From an uncultured Chloroflexia bacterium (GTDB lineage Bacteria; Chloroflexota; Anaerolineae; CG2-30-64-16), in NCBI GenBank assembly GCA_963810095.1, contig CAWEMM010000007.1, positions 128,001-192,000 on the forward strand: a stretch of DNA of 64,000 nt. The letters are read 5' to 3'. Of the stretch, positions 32,056 through 42,029 are shown one piece after another; within the stretch, counting starts at the first letter, position 1; each line of letters opens with the position of its first letter. The translations under genes were made by a program, and so were the position numbers. The notes beneath the pieces were generated by a model. The model saw only the letters and a list, made by a program, of their open reading frames with translations, was not told the origin of the DNA and did no database searches.

Positions 32056-35048
32056 ATGGCGTTTCTTAGTCGTCTCCGGGCGGGCGCACGGGGTTTCGCC
32101 CCTGCAGCGCTGGTGAGGCACGGACGCGGCTTCCTCGTTGCGGCTGCCCTGCTGCTCGGCGCTCTGCTCCTTTCTTCCTGTGCACCCACGCAGCAGCTGG
32201 GCCCCAGGCCCGGCCAGACGCCGCTCGACGCGGCCGAGATCTACCTCCAGCGCTACCAACCCGGCACCAATCCCCGCGTCTTCCAGACCACCCGCATCTT
32301 CGACCGCAACGGCACCCTGATCGGGGAGCTGTGGAGCGAGGGCCGGCGCTCCTGGCTGCCGCTCAACCGTTTTTCCAAACAGTTGATCAACGCGACGATC
32401 GCAGCCGAAGACTCGACTTTCTACAACAACACGGGCGTGGACACCGCCCGCGTGTATCGGTGCGGCGCTGAAGAATTACGAGGCAGGCGAGATCGTTTCC
32501 GGCGCCTCGACCATCACGATGCAGCTTGCCCGCAACCTCTTCCTGGGGCCCGACCAGCGCTACGAGCAGTCGATGGACCGGAAGATGCTCGAGGCGGGCC
32601 TGGCGCAGGAGCTGACCGAGCTCTTCACCAAGGACGAAATCCTCGAGATGTACCTGAACCTGGCGAATTACGGCCACCTCGCGTACGGGCCTGAGGCGGC
32701 GAGCCAGGTATATTTCGGCAAGCCCGCGTCGCAGGCTGACACTCGCGGAGGCTGCCTTGCTGGCCGGGCTCCCCCAGTCGCCCGCGAACCTCGATCCCTT
32801 CCAGAACCTCCAGGGCGCCAAGGCACGGCAGCGCACCGTGCTCGATCTCATGGTGCGCCACGGCTACCTGACCCAAGCCAAGGCGGACGCAACTTACGCG
32901 GCGCCCCTGACGCTGAACCCCGACCCGGACCGCCGGGTCAACCTCGTGCCCCACTTCGTCAACTACGTGGCCGACGTGCTCGATGCGCGGCTGGGCGGCA
33001 GCGCGGGGCTGCGCTCGGGGCTGACGATCACCAGCACGCTCGACCTGCGCTTCCAGGCCTGGCGCAGGAGACGGTCGCGAAGCAGGTGAAGGCGCTCAAG
33101 CCCAAGCACGACCTGAGCAACGGCGCGCTGGTCGCCATGCTGCCCTACAGCGGCGAAGTTCTCGCGATGGTGGGCAGCGCGGACTTCAACGATACCAAGA
33201 TCGCCGGGCAGGTCAACGTCGCACGCAGCCTGCGCCAGCCCGGCAGTTCCATAAAGCCGGTGCTCTACGCGGCCGCCATGGACGACCTGCTGATCAGTCC
33301 GGCCACCGTGCTGTGGGACATTCCCGTGTCCTTCCCGATCACGGGCACCAAGCCTTACACGCCGCGCAACTACGACGGCAAGTTCCACGGGCCGGTGACC
33401 GTCCGCACGGCGCTGGCCAACAGTTACAACATCCCGGCCGTCAAGCTCCTCGACGCCGTGACCGTCGACCGCATGCTCAAGGGCGCGGAGTTGATGGGGA
33501 TCCGCAGCCTGTCGCAGTCAGACCGAACTTACGGACTGGCTCTGACGCTGGGCGGCGGCGACGTGACCCTGCTGGAACTGACGAACGCTTACAACGTGTT
33601 GGCGTCGGGGGGCCGGGCCGTGGCACCCGAGCCCATCCTGCAGGCGGTTGACGGTTACGGGCGGCCCGTGCTGACTGCGCGGCGCCCGGCCGGCGATCCC
33701 TTGCAGGCGGTGCGACCCAGCACCGCGTTCCTGCTGACGGATATCTTGAGCGACAACGATGCGCGCAAGCCGATGTTCGGGGTAAACAGCCCGCTGAAGC
33801 TCAGCCAGCCCGCTGCGGCAAAGACCGGCACGACCGACGATTGGCGCGACAACTGGACCCTTGGTTATACCCGCTATCTGGTGGCGGGCGTATGGGCGGG
33901 CAACAGCGACGGCCACCCGATGAAGAACGTGACGCGGCATCGCCGGTGCGGCGCCCATCTGGCATGACTTCATGGAGGCGGTGCTCAAGCAGCCCGACCT
34001 GCTCCGGGTAATCGGCGCAGCCGGTACCACGGACTCCGCGGCCTGGCAGTTTGAGCCCCCGGCCGACATCGTATGGGTGCCCGACGCGTGCCCCCCGCGG
34101 GTAACGTGCCGTAAGGGCGGCGAGATCTTTAGCACCGAGTGGATGGCGGCTGCCGGGGATGCAGGCCCCCTCGCAGACACGGTGATTCTGGCCCAGGCCG
34201 CGCCGGTTTACGTGGGCGGCGGGGGCTGGACGGCGTATTGCCGCACCGAGCCGGCCGCGCCGCGCGCGCTGCTCAGGCTGCCGGGGCCGCTCGGCATCAG
34301 CGGCGCCAGTGCAAGCGGGCCCGCGCCGGGGTCGCAGCTTGCCGCCAACTTGTCGCCGGACTCGGCGGCCGTCGCAGCCGGCCCCCGCGCGCCCCGGCAG
34401 GTCGATGTGCTGCGTGCGGTAGCATGGAGCCTGCGCACCCCCACGCCCGTCGACCTGGGACCCTGTGACCGGCTGGCGCAGACCGTGCGGGAATCAGGTG
34501 CGGGCGTTTCGGCCGGCGCGGATTTGAACGCGGCCGGGAATGCGGGCGCGGGCCCGTTCGCTGCGGCGGTGGCCTCGGTCAAGGGCATTGGCCCGACCCA
34601 GGCGCAGGCGCTGCTGCTCGCCGTGTCGCCCGCTTTGCCACCGGATGCGGAGCCCACAGTCGAGGCGACGCCGGCGATTGAAGCGACGCCCGCCGTGCTG
34701 GCTGCCGCGCCCGACTTCGGTTTCGCACTGGCCCGGGGCATCACGCACGACGACAACTGCGCTGGGCACTATATCCTGGGCTCCGTCATGGCGCGCAGCG
34801 GCGCGCCGATGCCGGGGGTTCATGTCGCGTTGGTGGACGAGTGGGGCAATCGGGCGGACGCGTGGAGCAAAGACGGCGTCACCGACGCGGGACGCTACGA
34901 CTTCCCGATCGGCTCGACGCCCAACCGCTACACGCTCACCATCATCGATGCCAACGGCGCGCCCGTGAGTGCGCCGGTGACGGTCGAGCACCAGCAAGGC
35001 TACGGCGGCACGCACCGCTGCCACACGATCATCTGGCAGGCGTATTGA
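32056..35048 (+). CDS. Class A penicillin-binding protein with C-terminal extension (about 4 frameshifts)
   Basis: GT51 motifs 'AAED.TFY', 'GASTITMQLARN', 'KDEILEMYLN'; transpeptidase SxxK 'PGSSIKP', 'SYN', 'KTGT'; lipobox-like LLSSC. Confidence 0.88.
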
Positions 35049-35070
35049 GCAACGCTGTGGTGACCCTTAC

Positions 35071-35113
35071 GAAACCGGGTTTCGCCTTCCATCGAAAGAA
35101 ACCCGGTTTCTTT
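35071..35113 (+). terminator. Family B hairpin, probable terminator after the PBP gene
   Basis: gaaaccgggtttc...gaaacccggtttc followed by a T-rich tract. Confidence 0.55.
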
Positions 35114-35176
35114 GTGTTTGTGTCAGTTCGTGTTAAACTACACAAGATATTCGCGAAAGCTAACGAGGAGCACGAC

Positions 35177-36124
35177 ATGATCGTTACCACCGCTCAGTTG
35201 TTCAAGGCCGCCTACGGCAAGTACGCCATCGGCGCGTATAACATCAACAACATGGAGCAGGCGCTCGGCCTGTTCCAGGGTCACATCGCGGCTCAGGCCC
35301 CGTTTATCATCCAGATTTCGAAGGGCGCGCGCAAGTACGCGGGCGTGCCGATGATCGAGGCCATCATCCGGGCGGCCGAGAAGATGTACCCGGAAGCCAT
35401 CTTTGCCGTCCACCTCGACCATGGCGACGAGCAGACGTGCTATGACTGCATCAACTCCGGATTCTACTCCTCAGTGATGATCGACGCGTCGCACGAGCCC
35501 TTTGCCGAAAACGTGGCCATTACGAAGCGGATCGTGGACGCGGCGCATGCCAAGGGTCTGTCGGTGGAAGCCGAAATCGGCCAACTGGGCGGCGTGGAAG
35601 AGGACATCAAGGTTGACGAGAAGAACGCGCACTTGACCGACCCGCACGAGGCGAAGGCGTTTGTCGAGCAGTCGGGCTGCGACAGCCTGGCCGTCGCGGT
35701 CGGCACCAGCCACGGCGCCTACAAGTTCAAGGGCCAGCAGTCCTTGCACTTCGAGGTCATCGAGGCGATCCAGAAGCTGCTGCCGGGCTTCCCGCTCGTG
35801 ATGCACGGCTCATCTTCCGTGCCTCAGGAAGAGGTGCTGCGGATCAATGCCGCGGGCGGGCAACTCGACCCGACGGCTCGCGGTGTCGACGAGAATGAGC
35901 TCCTGCGGGCTGCGTCGCTGGGCGTCACCAAAATCAACATCGATACGGATGGCCGCCTGGTTTGGACGCGGGTGCACCGCGAGTTCTTCCGCGACACGCC
36001 GAAGGAGTTCGACTTCCGGCCGGTAGGCAAGACCTTCGTGGCCGAGTACGCGAAGTTTATCGAGGGCCGCTCCAAGAAACTGGGTTCTGCCGGCCAGTTG
36101 GCCGAGGTGCGGGCCAGCCTGTAA
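35177..36124 (+). CDS. fba: Class II fructose-bisphosphate aldolase
   Basis: GAGGAG RBS; 'VHLDHG', 'SSVMIDAS', 'VEAEIG', 'GTSHGAYKF', 'VMHGSS', 'KINIDTD'. Confidence 0.93.
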   Translation: MIVTTAQLFKAAYGKYAIGAYNINNMEQALGLFQGHIAAQAPFIIQISKGARKYAGVPMIEAIIRAAEKMYPEAIFAVHLDHGDEQTCYDCINSGFYSSVMIDASHEPFAENVAITKRIVDAAHAKGLSVEAEIGQLGGVEEDIKVDEKNAHLTDPHEAKAFVEQSGCDSLAVAVGTSHGAYKFKGQQSLHFEVIEAIQKLLPGFPLVMHGSSSVPQEEVLRINAAGGQLDPTARGVDENELLRAASLGVTKINIDTDGRLVWTRVHREFFRDTPKEFDFRPVGKTFVAEYAKFIEGRSKKLGSAGQLAEVRASL

Positions 36125-36140
36125 TCTCAGACGCGACACC

Positions 36141-36170
36141 AAGACGCCAGGGCCAACCTGGCGTCTTTTT
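36141..36170 (+). terminator. Intrinsic terminator after fba
   Basis: aagacgccagg-gccaa-cctggcgtc followed by ttttt. Confidence 0.8.
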
Positions 36171-36249
36171 GCTTAAGCAGGGCTCGCACAGCATCAGGTG
36201 TATACTGGACGTGTCGTGTCTCGTCGGCACTTCGTGCGGGAGGCGCATT

Positions 36250-36720
36250 ATGAGCACCGGCACCGGTGTAGACCCCTGGTGGGGGGCCGTCACGATCTGG
36301 GCCGTCGTCAACTGCGTGAATCTGCTGCAGTCGGCTGGTTTTCTCTCACGGCTCCACACCCACAACCTGAGCCTGAACCACGCCCTCGGCTATGTCATGC
36401 TGGCACTGGGTGTTCCTGCAGCGGTCGCGCTTGTTACGTTCGTGCGCCAGGCTGCCCCGATTCAGCAATGGATCGGTGCGCTGGTCTACCTCATCTTCCT
36501 CGCGTTGATGATCGTGGTCGACTACGCTCGGCCGGTCGAATTCCGCGATCCACCCCGCCCGGCCATTCTGATCCCCTACCTCGCGCTCTTTTTCGGCGCG
36601 ATCGTGTTGATGGGCCTTCCGATGTACCGGCTCAGCCGGCCGCTGTGGCTGGTCACGGTGACAACGACGATCCTTCTTGTCGTGTCGATGCTCCTGGCTC
36701 GACGCGCCGGCGTGGGCTAG
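36250..36720 (+). CDS. Hypothetical membrane protein (about 5 TM)
   Basis: GGGAGG RBS; hydrophobic ORF with 'DYARPVEFR' loop. Confidence 0.7.
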   Translation: MSTGTGVDPWWGAVTIWAVVNCVNLLQSAGFLSRLHTHNLSLNHALGYVMLALGVPAAVALVTFVRQAAPIQQWIGALVYLIFLALMIVVDYARPVEFRDPPRPAILIPYLALFFGAIVLMGLPMYRLSRPLWLVTVTTTILLVVSMLLARRAGVG

Positions 36721-36766
36721 TGACGGCCGGGCGTAACGCGGGCAGGGCAGTGCTATAATCGGCCTT

Positions 36767-37823
36767 ATGCTCGAGCCGCCACCCATCTCTCACGCGGCCC
36801 TCGCCGCCTGCCTCCGCACGGAGTACGGGCTTCATGACCTCGCGCTCGAGTTCCTGCCGCTTGGGGCCGACCTAAGCGCCGCAGTTTATCGCGCCTCTGC
36901 CCCCGAGGCTCCCACCTACTTCGTCAAGCTCAAGTTCGGCGCGTTTGACGAGATGTCCGCGCTGCTGCCCCGCTGGCTGGCAGAGCAGCAGCCTGTAGGG
37001 GCAAAGGGCATCGCTGAGGTGATGGCGCCTCTGCCCGCAATCTCAGGCCGGCCGTGGGCCGAGACGGCGGACTTCCGCCTGCTGGTCTACCCGTTCGTAG
37101 ACGGGCGCGATGGCTACGAGGCCATGCTGTCCGAGTCCCAGTGGATCGGCTTCGGGCGAGCGATGCGGGCGATCCACGACGCGCCGCTCCCTGCGGCCCT
37201 CGCCCGGCGCGTCGGGCGGGAAGCATACACTTCCGCGCTTTCGAGACGAGCTGCGCCTCGTGATGGAGCAGTTGGGAGAGGGACCGTTACCCGACGCTCC
37301 CGCGAGGCGACTGGCAGCTTTTCTGAACGAGCGCCGGGGGGAGGTCCGTGAGTTGCTGGATCGGACAGAGCGGTTTGCCCTGGGGCTGCGCGCCGCGGGC
37401 CCGCCATTCGTCCTCTGCCACACGGACTTGCACGCGGGCAACCTGCTGCTGGCCGCCGACGGGCGGATGTTCATCGTCGACTGGGATGCGCCGCTCCTTG
37501 CGCCGCGGGAACGCGACCTGATGTACCCGGGGGGCGGCCAGGGCTTTCTGGGGCGGAGCCCACGCGAAGAGGAGGCGTTGTTCTACGCAGGCTATGGGAC
37601 CGTCACCGTGGACCTGCGGGCTGTGGCGTACTACCGGCTCGAGCGCATCGTCGAGGACCTGGCCGCCTTCTGCGCCCAACTGTTTAATCCCGAGGTCGGA
37701 CCGGGGGATGCCGGCAACACAGACCGGGAGCAGGCCGTGCGTTGGGCCATGTCGAACTTCGACCCCGGCAGAGTGCTCGAAATCGCCAATCGCACCGCAC
37801 GGCAAGCAGAGCCCGGGTCGTAA
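36767..37823 (+). CDS. Aminoglycoside phosphotransferase-family kinase (APH(9)-like), frameshift near 37235
   Basis: 'FLPLGAD', 'YFVKL', Brenner motif 'CHTDLHAGN', 'VDWD', 'PRERDL'. Confidence 0.85.
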
Positions 37824-37908
37824 GCGATGTGGTGACACGCCCGGCGAGAATCCCGGGAGGCCTAGCGGCCCGACGACTCGGGCACCGTGAAACCCCGGAT
37901 CGCGAGCG

Positions 37909-38571
37909 TTAGCTCGCGGCGCCGACGCGGCCCGAGCCTGAGATGTGCTGGTTGACGCGCGGCTGGCCGCGGTAGAAGACCGAGCCGCTGCCGCTCACGT
38001 TTACGCCCAGGTTGTTCGTCGCGTTCACCGCGGCCTTGCCCGAGCCGCTGATATGGATGTCCGTGTCGGCGGTCTCGAGACCGCTGTTCTGCACCGAGCC
38101 CGAGCCGCTGATATGAATGGACTGTCTCTCCGCGTGGCCCGCCATGGTGACGTTCCCCGAGCCGCTGATCTGCAGGCTGACCGTTTCCGCCTCGAGGCGC
38201 TCGATCTCGAGCTTGCCGCTGCCCGAAATGCCGAAGCGGCAGGACGCGCCCTGCAGGCCGGCCCCCACGATCTTACCACTCCCTGAGATGCTCGCGCCCG
38301 AGAACTGGCGCAGCTTGATGGTGTAAGTGACCTGCTTGTTGGTCATGAAGATCCATGTGAACCACCAGGTGAGCCACTCCCACCAGGCGAGGTCAAGTCC
38401 TAATACCAGGCAGTCATTGCGCACCTCGCTGCGGATGCGGGCGATGATGGCATCGTCTGCCTCGATCACGAGCCCCTCTGCGTCACCCTGAATCAGGGTC
38501 GCGTCGCCGAAGCCCTGCAGGGCAACCTCGCGAAAACCGGAAACGTCGCGCGTTTCAGTCGTGACAGCCAT
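37909..38571 (-). CDS. DUF2807 (head GIN domain) protein
   Basis: 'ETRDVSGF..V.L.G.G'; repeated 'ISGSG' beta-helix units; 'VFYRGQP'. Confidence 0.88.
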   Translation of the reverse strand: MAVTTETRDVSGFREVALQGFGDATLIQGDAEGLVIEADDAIIARIRSEVRNDCLVLGLDLAWWEWLTWWFTWIFMTNKQVTYTIKLRQFSGASISGSGKIVGAGLQGASCRFGISGSGKLEIERLEAETVSLQISGSGNVTMAGHAERQSIHISGSGSVQNSGLETADTDIHISGSGKAAVNATNNLGVNVSGSGSVFYRGQPRVNQHISGSGRVGAAS

Positions 38572-38611
38572 GGTGCCAACTCCTTAGTAAGCTGTTGCTT
38601 TCGTCTTCCAG

Positions 38612-38637
38612 TACGCAGAGGCTCGAAGTGGGTTGCA
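38612..38637 (-). promoter_or_regulatory. Putative ECF sigma promoter (TGCAAC-N16-CGTA)
   Basis: Minus strand tgcaac-ccacttcgagcctctg-cgta, about 40 nt upstream of the DUF2807 start. Confidence 0.6.
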
Positions 38638-38681
38638 CGGATATTCGGACGAGCACGACAAACCCGGGTTCGCGTTTCCTG

Positions 38682-38802
38682 GACTGATCTGAAATGGGAC
38701 ACTGATACAACTGATTGAACTGATCTGCTCTCCCCCTTGGGCAAGAGATCGTGATAATCAGTCAGATCACTCCAATCAGTGTCCCGTTTCAAATCAGTTC
38801 AA
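38682..38802. repeat. REP-like palindrome family C
   Basis: gactgatctgaaatgggacactgatacaactgattgaactgat ... aatcagtcagatcactccaatcagtgtcccgtttcaaatcagttc (long imperfect inverted repeat). Confidence 0.75.
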
Positions 38803-39914
38803 TCTCCGAAGGATATTCCCAGGTCACGAGCGGCCAGCATGGTATCGCTGCCCAGCGGCACGGACTTCATACGCCGGGTGGCTTCGTGGAGGGGCACGTA
38901 CAGGACGTCCGGGGGGTCGATGGCGACCATAATGCCCGACATGCCTTCTTCGAGGGCACGCACCGCTGCCGTGCCGAAGCGGAGCGCGATCAGCCGGTCT
39001 GCAGAGGTGGGCGAGCCGCCGCGCAGGAGGTGGCCGAGCACGACGACCCGCGCCTCACGGCCGGTCAGCGCCTGTAGCTCGGCCGCGACTTTTTCGCCGA
39101 CGCCGCCCAACCGCTCGGCCCGGCCCACTTCCTTGCTCAGCACCGACGCGCTGCCGCCCACCGGCTTGGCGCCCTCGGCTATGACCACCATCGTGAACTT
39201 GCTTCCCTGCGCCTCCCGCTGGTGGATCTTCTGAGCTACCTTTGTGAGATCATAGGGGATCTCCGGGATCAGGATGGCATCGGCGGACCCTGCGACGCCA
39301 CAGTGGAGCGCGATCCAGCCGGCGTAGCGGCCCATCACCTCCATGACCATGACGCGGCCGTGTGACTCGGCAGTCGAGTGCAGGCGGTCGAGCGCCTCGG
39401 TGGCGAAGGCGACTGCGGTGTCAAACCCAAACGTTACGACCGTCTTGTCCAGGTCGTTGTCGATCGTCTTTGGCACGCCGATGATGCGCAAGCCCTTGTC
39501 TGCCAGGGCTGTGGCAATGGCCATCGACCCGTCACCCCCGATCGCAATATGGGCGTCGACGTTGTGGAGGCCGAACGCCCGGACCAGTTCGTCGGTGCGA
39601 TCGATCTCCGTCGTAGACCCGTCGGGCATTCGAACCGGATAATGCAGCGGGCTTCCGCGGTTGGTAGTGCCGATGATGGTTCCACCCAGGTGGGTGATGC
39701 CTCGCACGCGCTCGCGCGTCAGGCGGACCAGCCCGCCTTCAGGGTACTCCTCGGGCATAAGCAGGCCGTTGTACCCGTCGCGGATGCCGACGACCTCCCA
39801 GCCCCGGTTGATGGCGGCGAGGGTTGCCGCCCGGATGACGGCGTTGAGACCCGGCGCGTCGCCGCCGCCGGTGCTGATGGCGATCTTGTGAATGGGGGTG
39901 GGTGGGGTGGTCAT
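38799..39914 (-). CDS. pfkA: 6-phosphofructokinase (PfkA family)
   Basis: 'TGGGDAPGLNAVIR', 'GGTIIGT', 'IGGDGS', 'PKTIDND', 'EVMGRYAGWIA', 'LGHLLRGG'. Confidence 0.92.
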   Translation of the reverse strand: MTTPPTPIHKIAISTGGGDAPGLNAVIRAATLAAINRGWEVVGIRDGYNGLLMPEEYPEGGLVRLTRERVRGITHLGGTIIGTTNRGSPLHYPVRMPDGSTTEIDRTDELVRAFGLHNVDAHIAIGGDGSMAIATALADKGLRIIGVPKTIDNDLDKTVVTFGFDTAVAFATEALDRLHSTAESHGRVMVMEVMGRYAGWIALHCGVAGSADAILIPEIPYDLTKVAQKIHQREAQGSKFTMVVIAEGAKPVGGSASVLSKEVGRAERLGGVGEKVAAELQALTGREARVVVLGHLLRGGSPTSADRLIALRFGTAAVRALEEGMSGIMVAIDPPDVLYVPLHEATRRMKSVPLGSDTMLAARDLGISFGD

Positions 39915-40083
39915 GGCTTGTCTCTTTCACATGGAGAAGGGAAGGCTGCCGGCGTCAATCCAGGCGTTGTGCGCCGGCGGTCCCCGCACTTGCTTTCTTT
40001 TCCGTTCGCCTGTGCGCCGAGCACGGTTCTCGGCCTGCCGCCGGCCGTTAGTCAGCCGGTCGCTGTTACTCAGCCGCCGGCTG

Positions 40084-41010
40084 CTAGCCAGCCGCACGCT
40101 CTTCTGCTTGCCGCGCTTCGATGTCGGTCCGGCTCGGAATGCCCTGGCGCCCGCCGGGGCGGGTGGCCTTCAGCCCGGCGGCGGCATTGGCCGTCTCGAG
40201 GGCGTATTCAATCGTCGCGCCGCGCGCCAACTCGGCCGCGTAGGCCCCGTGGAACACGTCGCCGCAGCCGGTCGTATCGACGACGTCCACCTTGAGCGCC
40301 GGACGGTGCTGGATCCGCATGCTGCCCTGTTCGACCCACCAGTACCCGTGCCCGTCGGCCGTCACCGCGGTCAGCGCCTGGTCGCGGCGCAGCGCGGCCA
40401 GCGAGTGCAGGGCCGCTTCCGGGTCCTTCTCGCCTGTCGCTGCGGTGGCAAACACTCGTCCCACGATCAGATGGTCGACCTCGCGCAGCGACTCGGCCAC
40501 GCCCGGACGCAGCTCTTCAAGGTCGGCGACGGTGGGAACGCCTGCTTGCCTGGCGAGTTGGAGGATGTGCGACGAGAGCTCGCCGATCGTATGGTCGAGG
40601 AACACGACCCGCGCCTGAGAGATCAGCTCGGGACCCACCTCGTCCGGCGTCAGCTGCTGGACGCCGTCGAACGAGTACAAGATTGTCCGCGTGCCGCCTG
40701 CCCGTTCGACCAGGATGATCGAATGGATCGGCCGTGCCGCGCCGAAGCGGATCACCGGCTCAATGTCGACGTGGGCCTTGTTGAATTCCTCCAGCGTCCA
40801 CACCGACAGGTCGTCGAAGCCCAGCACGCCCGCCCACGCCGCACGTGCTCCCAGCCTGGTTGCCGTGACCAAAGCCGTGCCGGCCATCCCACCGCCGTCA
40901 CGCGCCTTTCCGCGCATCGCAACCTTGTCGTCCGCCTGTGGGTAGCGGTCCAGGTACACCAGGTCGTCCACTGCGACCGCTCCGAACCCCAGCAGATCCC
41001 AGCGTTTCAT
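40084..41010 (-). CDS. PfkB-family sugar kinase (YihV/sulfofructose kinase-like)
   Basis: 'GGGMAGTALVTATRLG', 'VDVVDTTGCGDVFHGAY'. Confidence 0.85.
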   Translation of the reverse strand: MKRWDLLGFGAVAVDDLVYLDRYPQADDKVAMRGKARDGGGMAGTALVTATRLGARAAWAGVLGFDDLSVWTLEEFNKAHVDIEPVIRFGAARPIHSIILVERAGGTRTILYSFDGVQQLTPDEVGPELISQARVVFLDHTIGELSSHILQLARQAGVPTVADLEELRPGVAESLREVDHLIVGRVFATAATGEKDPEAALHSLAALRRDQALTAVTADGHGYWWVEQGSMRIQHRPALKVDVVDTTGCGDVFHGAYAAELARGATIEYALETANAAAGLKATRPGGRQGIPSRTDIEARQAEERAAG

Positions 41011-41108
41011 GGTTTCCTCGCTCTCTCTTCACCAGGTTACGAAGAACACGCAGCTCACAAAGTCACTTGCGAGGCTTTATGGCGCTTCGGGTTTGTGGTT
41101 TTCTGTTG

Positions 41109-41918
41109 CTAGCTCATGCCCACCTGCGCCAGCGCCTCGGCAGGCGTGCGGCGCTCGTGGATGACGGCCTTGAATGCTTCGACGTTGGCGGTGATGTTCG
41201 GGAAGCCCCAAACGTTCCGGCCAATCGTCGCGCCCAGAGCGCCCGCCTCGACGACTTCCCACATCGCCTGGAGGGCATCGGCCAGCGTGCTGGTCTTGGG
41301 GCCGCCAGCCGCAACCAGGGGCACGGGGCAGTCTTCGGCAATCTGGCGGTGCGCGGCCAGGTCGCCGCAATAGGGGGTCTTCACCACGTCGGCGCCCACC
41401 TCCACCGCGCAGCGGGCCGCCCACGCGATATCCTCGGGCGTATACGAAATGCTGACGCCGCCGTTCGCATCCCAGCGTCGCGGGTAGATGTGGCAGATGA
41501 CGGGCAGGTCGAAACGAGCAGCGTCGCGGACTGCATCCGCCACTGCTCGGAGTGCGGCCCCTTCCGTCGCGCCGCGAATGAAGGCGGCCACCGCGTACGC
41601 ATCGGCGCCGAGCCGGACCGCGTCCTCCGGCGTCGCGAAGATCTCGCGTGCCATGTCATCGTTCTTCACACCCGACCCCTGGATAATCAGCGGCGCCTGG
41701 CCGGCGTAGGGCGCCCACAGGGAGGCAGCAATACCCTTGTGCATGGTGACTGCATCCGGCCGGGCGGCCATGATGGCAGCCAACGTCGGGCGGATATGGA
41801 GGAGGCCCGGCGGCATGTCCTGGCCGTAGCCGAGGAGGTGGTCGACCGCGATGGAGCAGAAGCGGCCCGACGGATGGGAAAAGATGCGCTTCAGGCGAAT
41901 GGTTTTGCCGAGATTCAT
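41109..41918 (-). CDS. Class I aldolase (DhnA/LsrF/ADH-synthase family)
   Basis: 'IAVDH', 'DAVRLGADA', Schiff-base 'GADVVKTPY', 'AAGGPK', 'IGRNVW'. Confidence 0.88.
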   Translation of the reverse strand: MNLGKTIRLKRIFSHPSGRFCSIAVDHLLGYGQDMPPGLLHIRPTLAAIMAARPDAVTMHKGIAASLWAPYAGQAPLIIQGSGVKNDDMAREIFATPEDAVRLGADAYAVAAFIRGATEGAALRAVADAVRDAARFDLPVICHIYPRRWDANGGVSISYTPEDIAWAARCAVEVGADVVKTPYCGDLAAHRQIAEDCPVPLVAAGGPKTSTLADALQAMWEVVEAGALGATIGRNVWGFPNITANVEAFKAVIHERRTPAEALAQVGMS

Positions 41919-41947
41919 TGCGTGGCTGGCTCCTAAGTTGACGCGGG

Positions 41948-42022
41948 CAACACAAAGACGGCGAGGCACAACGATTTACAGGCGCCACGTCCAAAACGCT
42001 GTGTCATCGTGCCTTTGTGTTG
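41948..42022. repeat. REP-like palindrome family A
   Basis: caacacaaagacggcgaggcac ... gtgtcatcgtgcctttgtgttg. Confidence 0.7.
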
Positions 42023-42029
42023 CTGGCTT

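Noticed and set aside
36767-37823. Acquired spectinomycin-resistance gene
   Set aside because: The APH fold alone does not establish resistance; there is no mobile context and its composition matches the neighbours
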